Shown here piece by piece: positions 1-8,416 of a stretch of 64,000 nt of DNA. The position numbers were made by a program, and so were the translations under genes. The first letter of the stretch is position 1. Each line of letters starts with the position of its first letter. The notes under the pieces are model-generated. The model saw nothing but the letters and a program-made list of their open reading frames with translations. It had not been told where the DNA came from and did not search any database. This DNA is from Candidatus Micrarchaeota archaeon (lineage in GTDB: Archaea; Micrarchaeota; Micrarchaeia; Micrarchaeales; CABMGC01), in contig JAKASP010000002.1 in assembly GCA_021818995.1 (NCBI GenBank), positions 15,689-79,688 of the forward strand, read 5' to 3'.

Positions 1-461
1 TTGAGCTGAGCAAGCGCGTCGTGGGCCTCTCACAGGAGTTTGCGCCGAACACGAACGCCAACATAGTGATCGGCGAGGGCTCCACATACGTCGCAACCAC
101 GAACAAGAGATACGACGCCATACTGCTCGATGCCTACGTCTCCTCCAGGATACCCGAGCAGTTCCTTCAGAGGAGGTTCATAGAAGATGCGTACAGGGCG
201 CTGTCAGAAGACGGCGTGCTGGCGATCAACTTCGCGATGACGCTGATGGGCGCGCTCAAGTTCAGCGAGTACGTGTCGAAGCTCAAGGAGCGGTTCCGGG
301 TATTCAAGGTCAACACTGCGATGTTCGAAGGTAATGTGATAATAGTCTGCTCAAAGAAACTCTCGAGGAATGAGCTGCTCGACAGGATCTCCACGAACAT
401 GCCGCAGGGCAAGGAGAACGAGTCGCTCATGAGGAACTACGCCAGAATGGAAGCCCTTTAG
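1..461 (+). CDS. Spermidine synthase-like SAM-dependent methyltransferase, C-terminal part (5' end outside window)
   Basis: Frame is open from the window edge to TAG at 459-461. YDAILLDAY...PEQF...AYRALSEDGVLAINF resembles the aminopropyltransferase/class I methyltransferase core. Confidence 0.55.
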   Translation, partial: ELSKRVVGLSQEFAPNTNANIVIGEGSTYVATTNKRYDAILLDAYVSSRIPEQFLQRRFIEDAYRALSEDGVLAINFAMTLMGALKFSEYVSKLKERFRVFKVNTAMFEGNVIIVCSKKLSRNELLDRISTNMPQGKENESLMRNYARMEAL

Positions 462-1372
462 TCCTCTTTCTTCGAGCGCAGGCTCGAAAGCCAGGTAAGC
501 GCATGCGTAACGAAAGGGTGGCTGTTCATCGCAGGCTTCGTAACGCTCGCCAGCGACCTGCGCCTGAAGCTAGATAAAAAAGAGTCCAGCGCGAGCATCT
601 CCTCCTTCGCGAGCCTCCAGCCCATCGCTCCTGAGAGCTCGAGCACGTGCTCCTTCCTGCTCGCCCTCGGTATCGGTATTACGTTGCCCTTGCAGATCAG
701 CCAGTTTATCGCCACCTGCGTCGCGGTCTTGCCGTGCTTCCTGCCCGTCTCAGCGAGGAACTCGATCAGTTTCGAATACCTCGGGTCGAAGAGATGCCCT
801 CTAGAAAGCGGGCTGTATGCGATTATGCTTATCCTCTCGCGCCTGCAGTACTTTGTGAGATCCGGCTCTGGGTCGCGAACAAGCAGGCTGTACTCGACCT
901 GGTTGGAGACGAGCTCATTCCTTTTCAGCGCCGCCTGCGCCGCGCGCATCTCCACTACAGAGAAGTTGCTCACCCCAATATACCTTATCTTCCCGTCCTC
1001 TACCAGCTTCTCCATCGCGCGCATAGTCTCGCCTATCGGCACGCTGCGGTTCGGCCAGTGCAGCTGGTAGAGGTCTATGTGCTTGATGCCGAGCCTGCGC
1101 AGGCTGCCATCGCACGCGCTTATCACGTCATCGTAATGGAAGTGCGTGGGCGAGACCTTGCTTGCGACGAACATCCCGTCCTTGCCCGAGATCGCCTTGG
1201 CCACCAGCGTCTCCGTTCCGTACATCTCCGCAGTGTCCACGAAGTTTATGCCCGAGTCGAAGCCGGCACTGAGGGCCTCGACCTCGCGTGGCTCGTTAGA
1301 GCCTAGCTGCCATGTGCCCAGCCCTATCTCGCTGAGCTTCTCGCCAGTCTTCCCAAGCTGCGCGTATGCCAT
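458..1372 (-). CDS. Aldo/keto reductase
   Basis: 304 aa. N-terminus MAYAQLGKTGEKLSEIGLGTWQLG, then FVDTAEMYG and DLYQLHWP are typical AKR signatures. Confidence 0.9.
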   Translation of the reverse strand: MAYAQLGKTGEKLSEIGLGTWQLGSNEPREVEALSAGFDSGINFVDTAEMYGTETLVAKAISGKDGMFVASKVSPTHFHYDDVISACDGSLRRLGIKHIDLYQLHWPNRSVPIGETMRAMEKLVEDGKIRYIGVSNFSVVEMRAAQAALKRNELVSNQVEYSLLVRDPEPDLTKYCRRERISIIAYSPLSRGHLFDPRYSKLIEFLAETGRKHGKTATQVAINWLICKGNVIPIPRASRKEHVLELSGAMGWRLAKEEMLALDSFLSSFRRRSLASVTKPAMNSHPFVTHALTWLSSLRSKKED

Positions 1373-1511
1373 GGTGTATATGCACTTCTAAGAAATATTA
1401 AGCTATTTTGCAAGCATTAAAAACACCACTGCACAATATCACTCAGGTGCTTGCCTGAAACCAAAAGTCACAGTTGTATTCCCTACGCTCGAAGAAGAAG
1501 CCATCTTCAAA

Positions 1512-2135
1512 GTGATTGACGACATATACAGGCAGTTGGGCAGGAATACTGAGATAATAGCCGTAGCGCGCGGAAGCAAGGAGTACTTCAAGAGGCTCAG
1601 GAGGAAGCGCGTGAAGGTAGTCTACCAGAAGGTGAAGAGCGTCGAGAGCTCGATAAAGGTGGGGTTCGACATGGCCCACGGTGACATACTCGCAACTACA
1701 GACGCTGACGGCACGCACGAGACCGCAGGAATCGCAAAGGCGGTAAGGATTGTAGAAGCGGGAAAAGCAGACCTTGTGCTCGGAAACAGGATGAACGGGC
1801 TGCAGAAGGGATCTATGGGCGCGTACCTCGCGTTCGGGAACAGCGCGATAAGCGCGATATTCAGCTTGCTGTACGGCGTCAGGGTGCACGATGCGCTGAC
1901 CGGACTCTTCGTGACAAACAAGAAGACATACGAGCTCATAAGAAATGCCAAGCTCTACAAGGCCGGAAGCGCCTACTTCGTCATCGAGTTTGCTAAGAGG
2001 CACGTTAGGATAGACGAGGTCGACATAAAGTACTACCCTAGGAAGTACGGCAGGTCGCAGCTCGCGCGCTTCAAGTTCCTCTACGGCCTCGGCGTGGGTT
2101 TGCACCTGCTAAGGAACATGATCGCGAACAGGTAG
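1512..2135 (+). CDS. GT2 glycosyltransferase (dolichyl-phosphate sugar synthase-like); true start probably upstream near 1455
   Basis: Contains DADGTHE (DXD) and the downstream GT2 core. The in-frame upstream sequence KPKVTVVFPTLEEE is the conserved GT2 N-terminus but has no ATG/GTG/TTG (see findings). Confidence 0.8.
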   Translation: MIDDIYRQLGRNTEIIAVARGSKEYFKRLRRKRVKVVYQKVKSVESSIKVGFDMAHGDILATTDADGTHETAGIAKAVRIVEAGKADLVLGNRMNGLQKGSMGAYLAFGNSAISAIFSLLYGVRVHDALTGLFVTNKKTYELIRNAKLYKAGSAYFVIEFAKRHVRIDEVDIKYYPRKYGRSQLARFKFLYGLGVGLHLLRNMIANR

Positions 2136-2143
2136 CCGGCAGG

Positions 2144-2551
2144 TCAGCCCCCTATCTCGTAGATCGAGATCGCCAGCAGCGCTATTGTGCAGATGTGGAC
2201 AAGGGTGCAGTAGATGCAGATGCTGCCCAGAACGTACTCTGCACGGATGAAGTATAGGACGAACCCTATGCCTATCGCGTTGAGTGCAGCAAGCGGGGCA
2301 GGTTTTTTCAGGTAGATGAGCACGAACACACCCAGGAAGAAGAGCACGCCAAGATAGCCGTTGGGTATGCCGAAGGTGTTCGCGTAGACGCTGCTCAGCA
2401 CGCTGCCGCAGTTCAGTATTCCGACGGTCGGACAAGCGACAGGCACGTCGAATGCGGCAGAGTATGAAAGATAGATTGATGCGAGGAGGCCGATAATTGC
2501 GAGCGCTATGCGCGCCTGCGATAACCTTTTGCCTAGCTCTCTTGCCTGCAT
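2144..2551 (-). CDS. Vitamin K epoxide reductase (VKOR) family membrane protein
   Basis: 135 aa, polytopic. Loop Cys pair CPTVGILNC and a CIYC (CXXC) in the last TM region give the VKOR four-Cys layout. Confidence 0.8.
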   Translation of the reverse strand: MQARELGKRLSQARIALAIIGLLASIYLSYSAAFDVPVACPTVGILNCGSVLSSVYANTFGIPNGYLGVLFFLGVFVLIYLKKPAPLAALNAIGIGFVLYFIRAEYVLGSICIYCTLVHICTIALLAISIYEIGG

Positions 2552-2555
2552 TTGC

Positions 2556-3431
2556 TCAACCGAGCTGCGACTCGATGCTCTTGATGTAGCTCTGGCCGCA
2601 GACGCTTGCGGGCGTGTTGTTGTCCAGCGCGCAGATCTGCGCGGTCACTAGGTTTGCAGAGCCGACGAACGCCTGGGCCTGGGCTGTGCTCGGATCGTGG
2701 AGCGCGGCCGCTATCTGGCTCCAGTTCATGCCTGCAAGTATCGTGGGGTCGTTGTAGTTCGCGCCAACCAGTTTGGACACGTTGGCGTAGTCGGTGAATG
2801 GTATGCTGCCGCTCGGGTTGTACTTCGCGTAGAGCGCCTGCTGCGATGCGTTCATCTGCTGCAGCTGCGTGTACTGCCCGGTGCTCGCGTTCACCTTGTT
2901 GTTTGTCAGTTCCCTGGAGACGAACGCGATGTACGGGCTGCTGTATGTCGCGTTCACGAAAGTGAATGTGGGCGTGTTGGGTCCGGCGTCAACCGCGCTG
3001 CTCGTCATGTACTCTAGGCCAGTGAAGTTGCCGAAGCGCATCAGCGCGATTACGAGCGCCCATCTCTGCATCGCGCAGTACGGGCAGAACTCTGCGCCTA
3101 TGTACAGAACTTCTGGCTTCCCGTTCAGCGTGAGCGGGGTCGCGTTGGCTATCTTTGCAGGGAAGTTTGTCGCGAAGCCGGTGCGCACGCTTGCACTCAC
3201 ATTGCTCGGTATCGAGAGCTGCGCGAGAAGCGACTGCGGAACAGGCTGGTTGTCGAACTGCACAAGCGGGGAGGTGCCTCCACCACCGGTTCCGGTAAGC
3301 AGGAGCGCAACCGCTATGACCACTATTATTGCAAGTATTGCTATGTACAGGAACTTCCTGCTTGAGAAGAGCGAGGGTTTCGGAATAGCTGCCTGCTGCT
3401 GTTGCTGCGGCTGCTGTATTGTATCGTCCAT
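2556..3431 (-). CDS. Membrane-anchored thioredoxin-fold protein (DUF929-like), CPYC active site
   Basis: N-terminal TM, then [15 protein letters not shown], with many NxS/T sequons. ATG at 3431 lies about 25 nt below a TATA-like TTATAAAT. The track's TTG at 3446 sits inside the upstream oligo-T run. Confidence 0.75.
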   Translation of the reverse strand: MDDTIQQPQQQQQAAIPKPSLFSSRKFLYIAILAIIVVIAVALLLTGTGGGGTSPLVQFDNQPVPQSLLAQLSIPSNVSASVRTGFATNFPAKIANATPLTLNGKPEVLYIGAEFCPYCAMQRWALVIALMRFGNFTGLEYMTSSAVDAGPNTPTFTFVNATYSSPYIAFVSRELTNNKVNASTGQYTQLQQMNASQQALYAKYNPSGSIPFTDYANVSKLVGANYNDPTILAGMNWSQIAAALHDPSTAQAQAFVGSANLVTAQICALDNNTPASVCGQSYIKSIESQLG

Positions 3432-3444
3432 GCCGATAAGACGC

Positions 3445-3487
3445 AAAAAAAGTATTTATAATGAGTAGCAGGCCCGTCCGGGCCTGC
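3445..3487 (-). terminator. GC-rich hairpin plus U7 tract downstream of the small ORF 3498-3761
   Basis: GCAGGCCCG-TC-CGGGCCTGC is a perfect 9-bp inverted repeat at 3468-3487. On the minus strand it is followed by TTTTTTT (3445-3451). Confidence 0.55.
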
Positions 3488-3497
3488 CGCCGTTGGT

Positions 3498-3761
3498 TCA
3501 GTCGCCTTGCAGAATCTCCAGCATGCTTACAGTCATTATCGTTGTTATTGCCCTGCACGCCGCATCCGCGCTCCTTGAGCCGCTGTACTTCGCGATGTGC
3601 TCCTCGAGGGTCTGTATGATATCCGCCCTCTTCTCAGGCGCGTCAATCGCCGCGCTCCTCAGTTGCGCTATGCGCCCCGTGCTTTTGCTGGGTGTCCGTA
3701 CCGTTCTCTGCAGGCCAGCGTCGGCTATTTTCTGCTCGCTAAGGCTTGCTTTTTCTCCCAT
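3498..3761 (-). CDS. Small hypothetical protein (87 aa)
   Basis: GGAGGGTGGGG Shine-Dalgarno-like sequence lies just upstream of the ATG, and TTTAAATAGG (minus strand, about 3802-3810) about 45 nt upstream. Composition is charged and protein-like, unlike the overlapping plus-strand ORF. Confidence 0.55.
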   Translation of the reverse strand: MGEKASLSEQKIADAGLQRTVRTPSKSTGRIAQLRSAAIDAPEKRADIIQTLEEHIAKYSGSRSADAACRAITTIMTVSMLEILQGD

Positions 3762-3857
3762 TTATCCCCACCCTCCTGTGTTTGTGTTATGACTTTCTTC
3801 CTATTTAAACGTATGTCTAACAAACGTCTATCATAGTAGTGAAACGGCGATTGTCGT

Positions 3858-5513
3858 CTATAATTTCCTGTGGTTTACCGAGTAGCTCCTCTTCCCGTCG
3901 CGGAATACCGCGGTGAGCCTGACACTCTTGTCGTCGTTGCGAAGCTCCGGCACCGGGTCGCGCAGCTCGCCGTTGTGCAGCTTCTCGTACGTGCTTATGT
4001 CTATGAACGTGCTCTCGCTCGACCACGCGCTGTCTGTCGTCTTCGCGTACTCCTCGATGCCCTCCTTTACCGTGGCAACGAAACCGACGCTCCCGGCCCC
4101 ACTGCCGTAGCCGATGAGCAGTATCTTCTTGCCCACGAGGTCCTTGCCCTTCCTGTACTCCTCGACAAGCAGCGACTGCAGCGCGAACATTATCGAGGAG
4201 GTGTATCCGTTGCCGAGGTAGCTGGAGATCACCTGCGCGCTCTCTGCCTTCTCCGCGTACGCCTGCTTGTAGTACGAGGTCTTCATAACCGCCCTTATGA
4301 AATTCGACCTCCTCTCCTTGAACTCGCCGATCTCGTCCTCGAACTTCCCAAGAGCAAGGTAGATCTCAGAGTTTGAGTAGGTATCGAAGTTCCTCACTAT
4401 GTCAGAGAGCGCCGGATACTCCCAGCCAAGCCCGAATTTGGTCTCGAGCTTCATCAGGTTGTGGTGCAGCTCCTGCCTGTTGTGGTTGCTGCCCTGCAGC
4501 GTGTCCTCGTCCCTCCTGAGCGTCTCCTGTATTTTTGCGAAGGCAAGAATGGCCTCCAGGGATTCGTGATACGTTGTAAGACCGTCAAGAAGAGGCTCGC
4601 CGTTCAGCGGCTTGCGTCCCTTCTTCTCAGCGTCTATCTTGTCTATCTCCATCGCCTCGGCGAGCATGCCATTCCAGTTCTCTTTGTCGAACTCCCTAAG
4701 GTGGTGTATCACAGCTGAGGCGAACGCCTTCTTCGCCATCTTGACGAAAGGCACGTGCACCACGAAGTAGTCAACCCCGTCGAACAGGCTCCTTCCCACC
4801 TGCCTCTCGATCTGCATGTATACGTTCGAGACCACAAAGTCGTACACCAGTTCCGAGTGCTCGCCGTTTACGTACGGGCTCTCGCTCCCCACAAGCTTGT
4901 CCTCCGATGTGGAGAACTTCGGCTTGTAGAAGTCGTACTCGTTTATCGTGAACTCCTTGACTGTGCGCAGATCGATGGAGAGCAGCTTTGGATTCGGCTC
5001 CACGAGTATGGCGCTGGCCCCTGCCCCGGACGTGGGTTCGCCTGCGGACCTGAGCGCATACTTTGCGTTGTCTGCTGTTATCACTATCGTCTGCTCGCCG
5101 GCTGCCATTGCCGCATACGCGGCATCCTTCACAGCGCTTATCCCGGCAACGCACGCGAACTTGTTCTCAACTGGCAGCGTGAAGTTGGCCGTCTTGCCGT
5201 ACCTGACCTCCAGCGCATCGTAGAAGTATGTGCTTGCAGGTTTCGAGTCGTCTATGCCGCTCTCTGTGCCTATCCTGACCTTTATCTTGTGCAGGTCTAT
5301 GCCGTTCCTGTCTATGACCTTTATTGTGGCGTTCGCGCCCATCGTTGCAGTGTCCTCGTCTGAGTTCGGCCTGGCTATGGTCTTGACACCTAGCCCCTCG
5401 GTCAGCAACCCTGGTTCCTTTCCCCGCGCGAGTGCAAGTACCTCGGCCTTGAGCCTCAGCTTCGGTGCGTAAATCTGCAGGTCGCTTATGCCTACCTCTA
5501 TGTTGCTAGACAT
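3858..5513 (-). CDS. HMG-CoA synthase (bacterial/eukaryotic-type core) with a large internal insertion
   Basis: Catalytic-triad contexts are present: NKFACVAG (Cys), VVHVPFVKMAKKAF (His) and LGNGYTSS (Asn). The protein is 551 aa. Confidence 0.85.
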   Translation of the reverse strand: MSSNIEVGISDLQIYAPKLRLKAEVLALARGKEPGLLTEGLGVKTIARPNSDEDTATMGANATIKVIDRNGIDLHKIKVRIGTESGIDDSKPASTYFYDALEVRYGKTANFTLPVENKFACVAGISAVKDAAYAAMAAGEQTIVITADNAKYALRSAGEPTSGAGASAILVEPNPKLLSIDLRTVKEFTINEYDFYKPKFSTSEDKLVGSESPYVNGEHSELVYDFVVSNVYMQIERQVGRSLFDGVDYFVVHVPFVKMAKKAFASAVIHHLREFDKENWNGMLAEAMEIDKIDAEKKGRKPLNGEPLLDGLTTYHESLEAILAFAKIQETLRRDEDTLQGSNHNRQELHHNLMKLETKFGLGWEYPALSDIVRNFDTYSNSEIYLALGKFEDEIGEFKERRSNFIRAVMKTSYYKQAYAEKAESAQVISSYLGNGYTSSIMFALQSLLVEEYRKGKDLVGKKILLIGYGSGAGSVGFVATVKEGIEEYAKTTDSAWSSESTFIDISTYEKLHNGELRDPVPELRNDDKSVRLTAVFRDGKRSYSVNHRKL

Positions 5514-5585
5514 ATAATCTGGTCTAACAGAGTAAGGGAGCGGTTCTTTTTAAACGACGTTAGGCGGTTAGACGATGGGCGAATT

Positions 5586-7139
5586 TCACGAGAGCGTGGT
5601 CTGCCCTTCGTGCTGCGCCGCATGTCTCGCAAGTTCGCGGTTTATCTCGTTGATCAGGTAGAGCATCTTCTTCTCGCGTGCAGCTGAGACGCGCAGGTAT
5701 ATCTCGTCCTTCGTGCCCTGGGCCACGAGTATGTAGACGTCTCCGGCCCTGAACCTGGCAGTCCTGCCCTTGCGCTGTATGTTCCTTATCTCGTTGGGTA
5801 TCGGCTCGTAGAAGAGGACAAGGTCGACGCTCGGTATGTCAAGGCCCTCCTCGCCGATGGAGCTTGCCACAAGCACGTTGAACTTCCCGGCCCTAAAGTC
5901 TTCTATCACCTTCTTCTGCTTCTCCTGCGTCACCCCTTCCTTCTTCCCCACGAACGCCATCGCCTCTATCCCGTTCCTCTGGAATATATCGACTAGCATC
6001 TTTATCGTCGATCTGTACTGCGCGAAGACTATCGCGCTCTTGCTTCCGTATTCGTGGAGTATCGACATCGCCTGCCTCACCTTCTCGTGCTCCTCCCCGC
6101 GTTTCATCGCATCCTTTGCAAGCGCCACGGCCTCCTTCACGTTCTTGTTCGCGAGCAGGTTCTCAACTGCCCTGCTCTTCTCCTCGCGCTCCGATAGGCC
6201 GTCGAAGTAGGCGCTGAACGGGTAGATGCCCTCTGTTGTGAGGAGGTCGTAGGCATGGGAGGCGTTCAGCAACTTTATGTAGCTGAAGAAAGCGCCGAAC
6301 CTGAAGCCCGGTGCGTTTATCTTCTTTATCTCGTTGCCCAGCGCTATGAGCACGCCCTTCGGCACGCGCTCGAAGTTCTTCGCGTTCATGAGACCCATCT
6401 TGTTCAGGCTCGCGAGGCTCTCCTCAGCGACAGGTTTGAGCAATCCGGCTATCTGCTTTATCCTTGGGGTCTGCGGCACGCTGACCACGTGCATGTATTT
6501 GGGCATAACGTACGAGACGACGTCAGCGTCCGTGGATATCCTGGCCTCTATGTGGCGGATGTTGAGCGTATCCACGAGCTGCGCTATCTTCTCCTTCTTG
6601 CTGCCCGGGGAGGCGGTGAGGCCCAGCACCAGCGAGTTGCGCACAGCCAGTTCGTTGGCTATGTACGTGTACGCGTACTTGCCGACGGCCCTGTGGCACT
6701 CGTCGAAGACCGCAACCCCGAAGTCCTCAAGTGAGAAATTACCTGACTTGAGGTCATTTGCTATGGTCTGCGGCGTGGCGATTATCAGCTTCGCGCTCTG
6801 CTCCAGCTCTTTTCTCTGTTTCTTGCCCACGGATCCGAGCAGTAGGGCGATGCTCTCCTCTGGCAGCTTCATCATCTGGACGACTGTTGCGTAGTGCTGC
6901 TCCGAAAGAGGGCGCGTGGGCGCAAGCAGGAGCGCGCGCCTGCCCTGCGCTATCTCGTTCGAGATCACGGCAAGGCCGATCAGCGTCTTGCCAAGCCCGG
7001 TGGGCAGCACGACCAGCGTGCTCCCGTGCTCAAGTATCGAGTTGATTATGTTGAACTGGTACTCGCGGAACTCGACGCCATCAAGATTGAGCAGCTCTGC
7101 TACGGGGCCGAGTTTCTGCCACCTTTCATCGACGGACAT
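5586..7139 (-). CDS. hef: Hef/Mph1/FANCM-like SF2 helicase (helicase module only)
   Basis: LPTGLGKT (Walker A), DECH box, and a C-terminal helicase domain with QRKGRTAR. No ERCC4 nuclease domain follows. Confidence 0.85.
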   Translation of the reverse strand: MSVDERWQKLGPVAELLNLDGVEFREYQFNIINSILEHGSTLVVLPTGLGKTLIGLAVISNEIAQGRRALLLAPTRPLSEQHYATVVQMMKLPEESIALLLGSVGKKQRKELEQSAKLIIATPQTIANDLKSGNFSLEDFGVAVFDECHRAVGKYAYTYIANELAVRNSLVLGLTASPGSKKEKIAQLVDTLNIRHIEARISTDADVVSYVMPKYMHVVSVPQTPRIKQIAGLLKPVAEESLASLNKMGLMNAKNFERVPKGVLIALGNEIKKINAPGFRFGAFFSYIKLLNASHAYDLLTTEGIYPFSAYFDGLSEREEKSRAVENLLANKNVKEAVALAKDAMKRGEEHEKVRQAMSILHEYGSKSAIVFAQYRSTIKMLVDIFQRNGIEAMAFVGKKEGVTQEKQKKVIEDFRAGKFNVLVASSIGEEGLDIPSVDLVLFYEPIPNEIRNIQRKGRTARFRAGDVYILVAQGTKDEIYLRVSAAREKKMLYLINEINRELARHAAQHEGQTTLS

Positions 7140-7164
7140 CGCAACAATAGACTATTGAATTGGC

Positions 7165-7174
7165 TTTATATAAA
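7165..7174. promoter_or_regulatory. TATA box (TTTATATAAA) between divergent hef and tRNA-Phe
   Basis: It lies about 25-30 nt upstream of the tRNA-Phe 5' end (7196) and about 26-35 nt from the hef ATG (7139). Confidence 0.5.
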
Positions 7175-7195
7175 TTGCATACAGAGTCTACTCAA

Positions 7196-7269
7196 GCCGC
7201 AGTAGCTCAGCCCGGGAGAGCGTCCGCCTGAAGAGCGGAACGTCGCTGGTTCAAATCCGGCCTGCGGCA
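7196..7269 (+). tRNA. tRNA-Phe(GAA)
   Basis: Hand-folded cloverleaf: acceptor GCCGCAG/CTGCGGC, anticodon loop CTGAAGA, T-arm GCTGG-TTCAAAT-CCGGC. 74 nt, CCA not encoded. Confidence 0.95.
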
Positions 7270-7274
7270 TTCAA

Positions 7275-8390
7275 CTAATCTTTCAGGATGAACTCATCGA
7301 GCTTCGATCTGAGCCTCTCCCTCTTTTTGTTGTGCTCTTCGAGAAACTTGTTTATCCTCTTGGAAAGGTCGTCCTTGTGCTCCCCTGCGAGAAGAGTGCC
7401 TTTTCTTTCACCCTCGAATATCTTCTCGAGCTTCTTGTCGTCAGGCTCAAAGAGGTACCTGTAGTATTGGCAGACTGAGCACTTTTCCGGGTCCCCGCCT
7501 AGCTTCTTCTGCAGCTCTGCCGTGGACTGCTGCCCGGTTATCGCCCTGTGTACCTTCTTCTCCACCGCCTCTGGCGTATCGCTAAGGTAGATTGTGTCGT
7601 TCGGGTCACTGGCCGACATCTTCGGCCTGCCGCCGAGTCCCGGGAGGAACTTCGCGTGCACTATCGCCGGCTTGTAGTAGCCTAGCTTGACAAGCGCGTC
7701 TCTTGCGACCCGGAAGTGCACGTCCTGGTCTATCGCCAGCGGAATCAGGCACGGGACGTTCTTCTTCTCCTCAACAGATTTCAGGAACGCTGGCACAGCC
7801 TGCATGCTGGTATAGAAGATGCTGCCTATGTTCGTCTCGTTAGTGAATCCGAACGCGTCCTTTACCATGGAGAAGGTGATGCGTTTCGCGACCCTTACCG
7901 CCTGCCTGTATAGGGTGCCGGCATAATCGGTGTTGAAGAAGATCTTCGTCTTCTTCGGGTCGTATCCAAGCGCTATGATGTTGAGCGCGTCGTCGTATGC
8001 GAGCTTGTGAACCTCATCGAAGCTAACGTTCCTGATCAGCGCCTTCTCCTCGTCAGGTATCTGGATGTACACTTCTACCCCGAACTTCTCCTGGAGCCAT
8101 TGGGTGAACATGAATGGTATGAGATGCCCCAGGGTCATCGAGCCGCTTGGCGCTATGCCCGTGTAGAGGTAGAACCTGTTGCCCTTCTCATACTCGTCGA
8201 GCAGCCAGTTCATGTCCCTGTGCGCGTAGAAGATGTGCCTCCTGAGAAGCCAGTGCGAACCTCCGGCCAGTTTCTCTATCCGCTCCTCGAGTTTCTTGTC
8301 TATAATGCTTATCCCGAACTCCTTGGCGAACCTATCGTAGTCTATCTTGCCCTCTACTTCGTACGGGGTTACCTTGAAGTTTTCAGCCAT
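7275..8390 (-). CDS. trpS: Tryptophanyl-tRNA synthetase (archaeal type)
   Basis: 371 aa. Class I motifs GSMTLGHL and KMSAS, with an archaeal/eukaryotic-like TrpRS N-terminus. Confidence 0.95.
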   Translation of the reverse strand: MAENFKVTPYEVEGKIDYDRFAKEFGISIIDKKLEERIEKLAGGSHWLLRRHIFYAHRDMNWLLDEYEKGNRFYLYTGIAPSGSMTLGHLIPFMFTQWLQEKFGVEVYIQIPDEEKALIRNVSFDEVHKLAYDDALNIIALGYDPKKTKIFFNTDYAGTLYRQAVRVAKRITFSMVKDAFGFTNETNIGSIFYTSMQAVPAFLKSVEEKKNVPCLIPLAIDQDVHFRVARDALVKLGYYKPAIVHAKFLPGLGGRPKMSASDPNDTIYLSDTPEAVEKKVHRAITGQQSTAELQKKLGGDPEKCSVCQYYRYLFEPDDKKLEKIFEGERKGTLLAGEHKDDLSKRINKFLEEHNKKRERLRSKLDEFILKD

Positions 8391-8416
8391 AGATTCAACT
8401 ATTGATAAATGGGCAA

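Noticed and set aside
647-1306. 219-aa and 128-aa plus-strand ORFs inside the aldo/keto reductase gene.
   Set aside because: They are antisense shadows with Arg/Leu/Ala-rich or Ser/Cys-rich low-information composition.
3493-3792. 99-aa plus-strand ORF overlapping the small minus-strand gene 3498-3761.
   Set aside because: The minus-strand ORF has an SD, a TATA box, a terminator hairpin and protein-like composition. The plus-strand frame is hydrophobic and Cys-rich with no expression signals.
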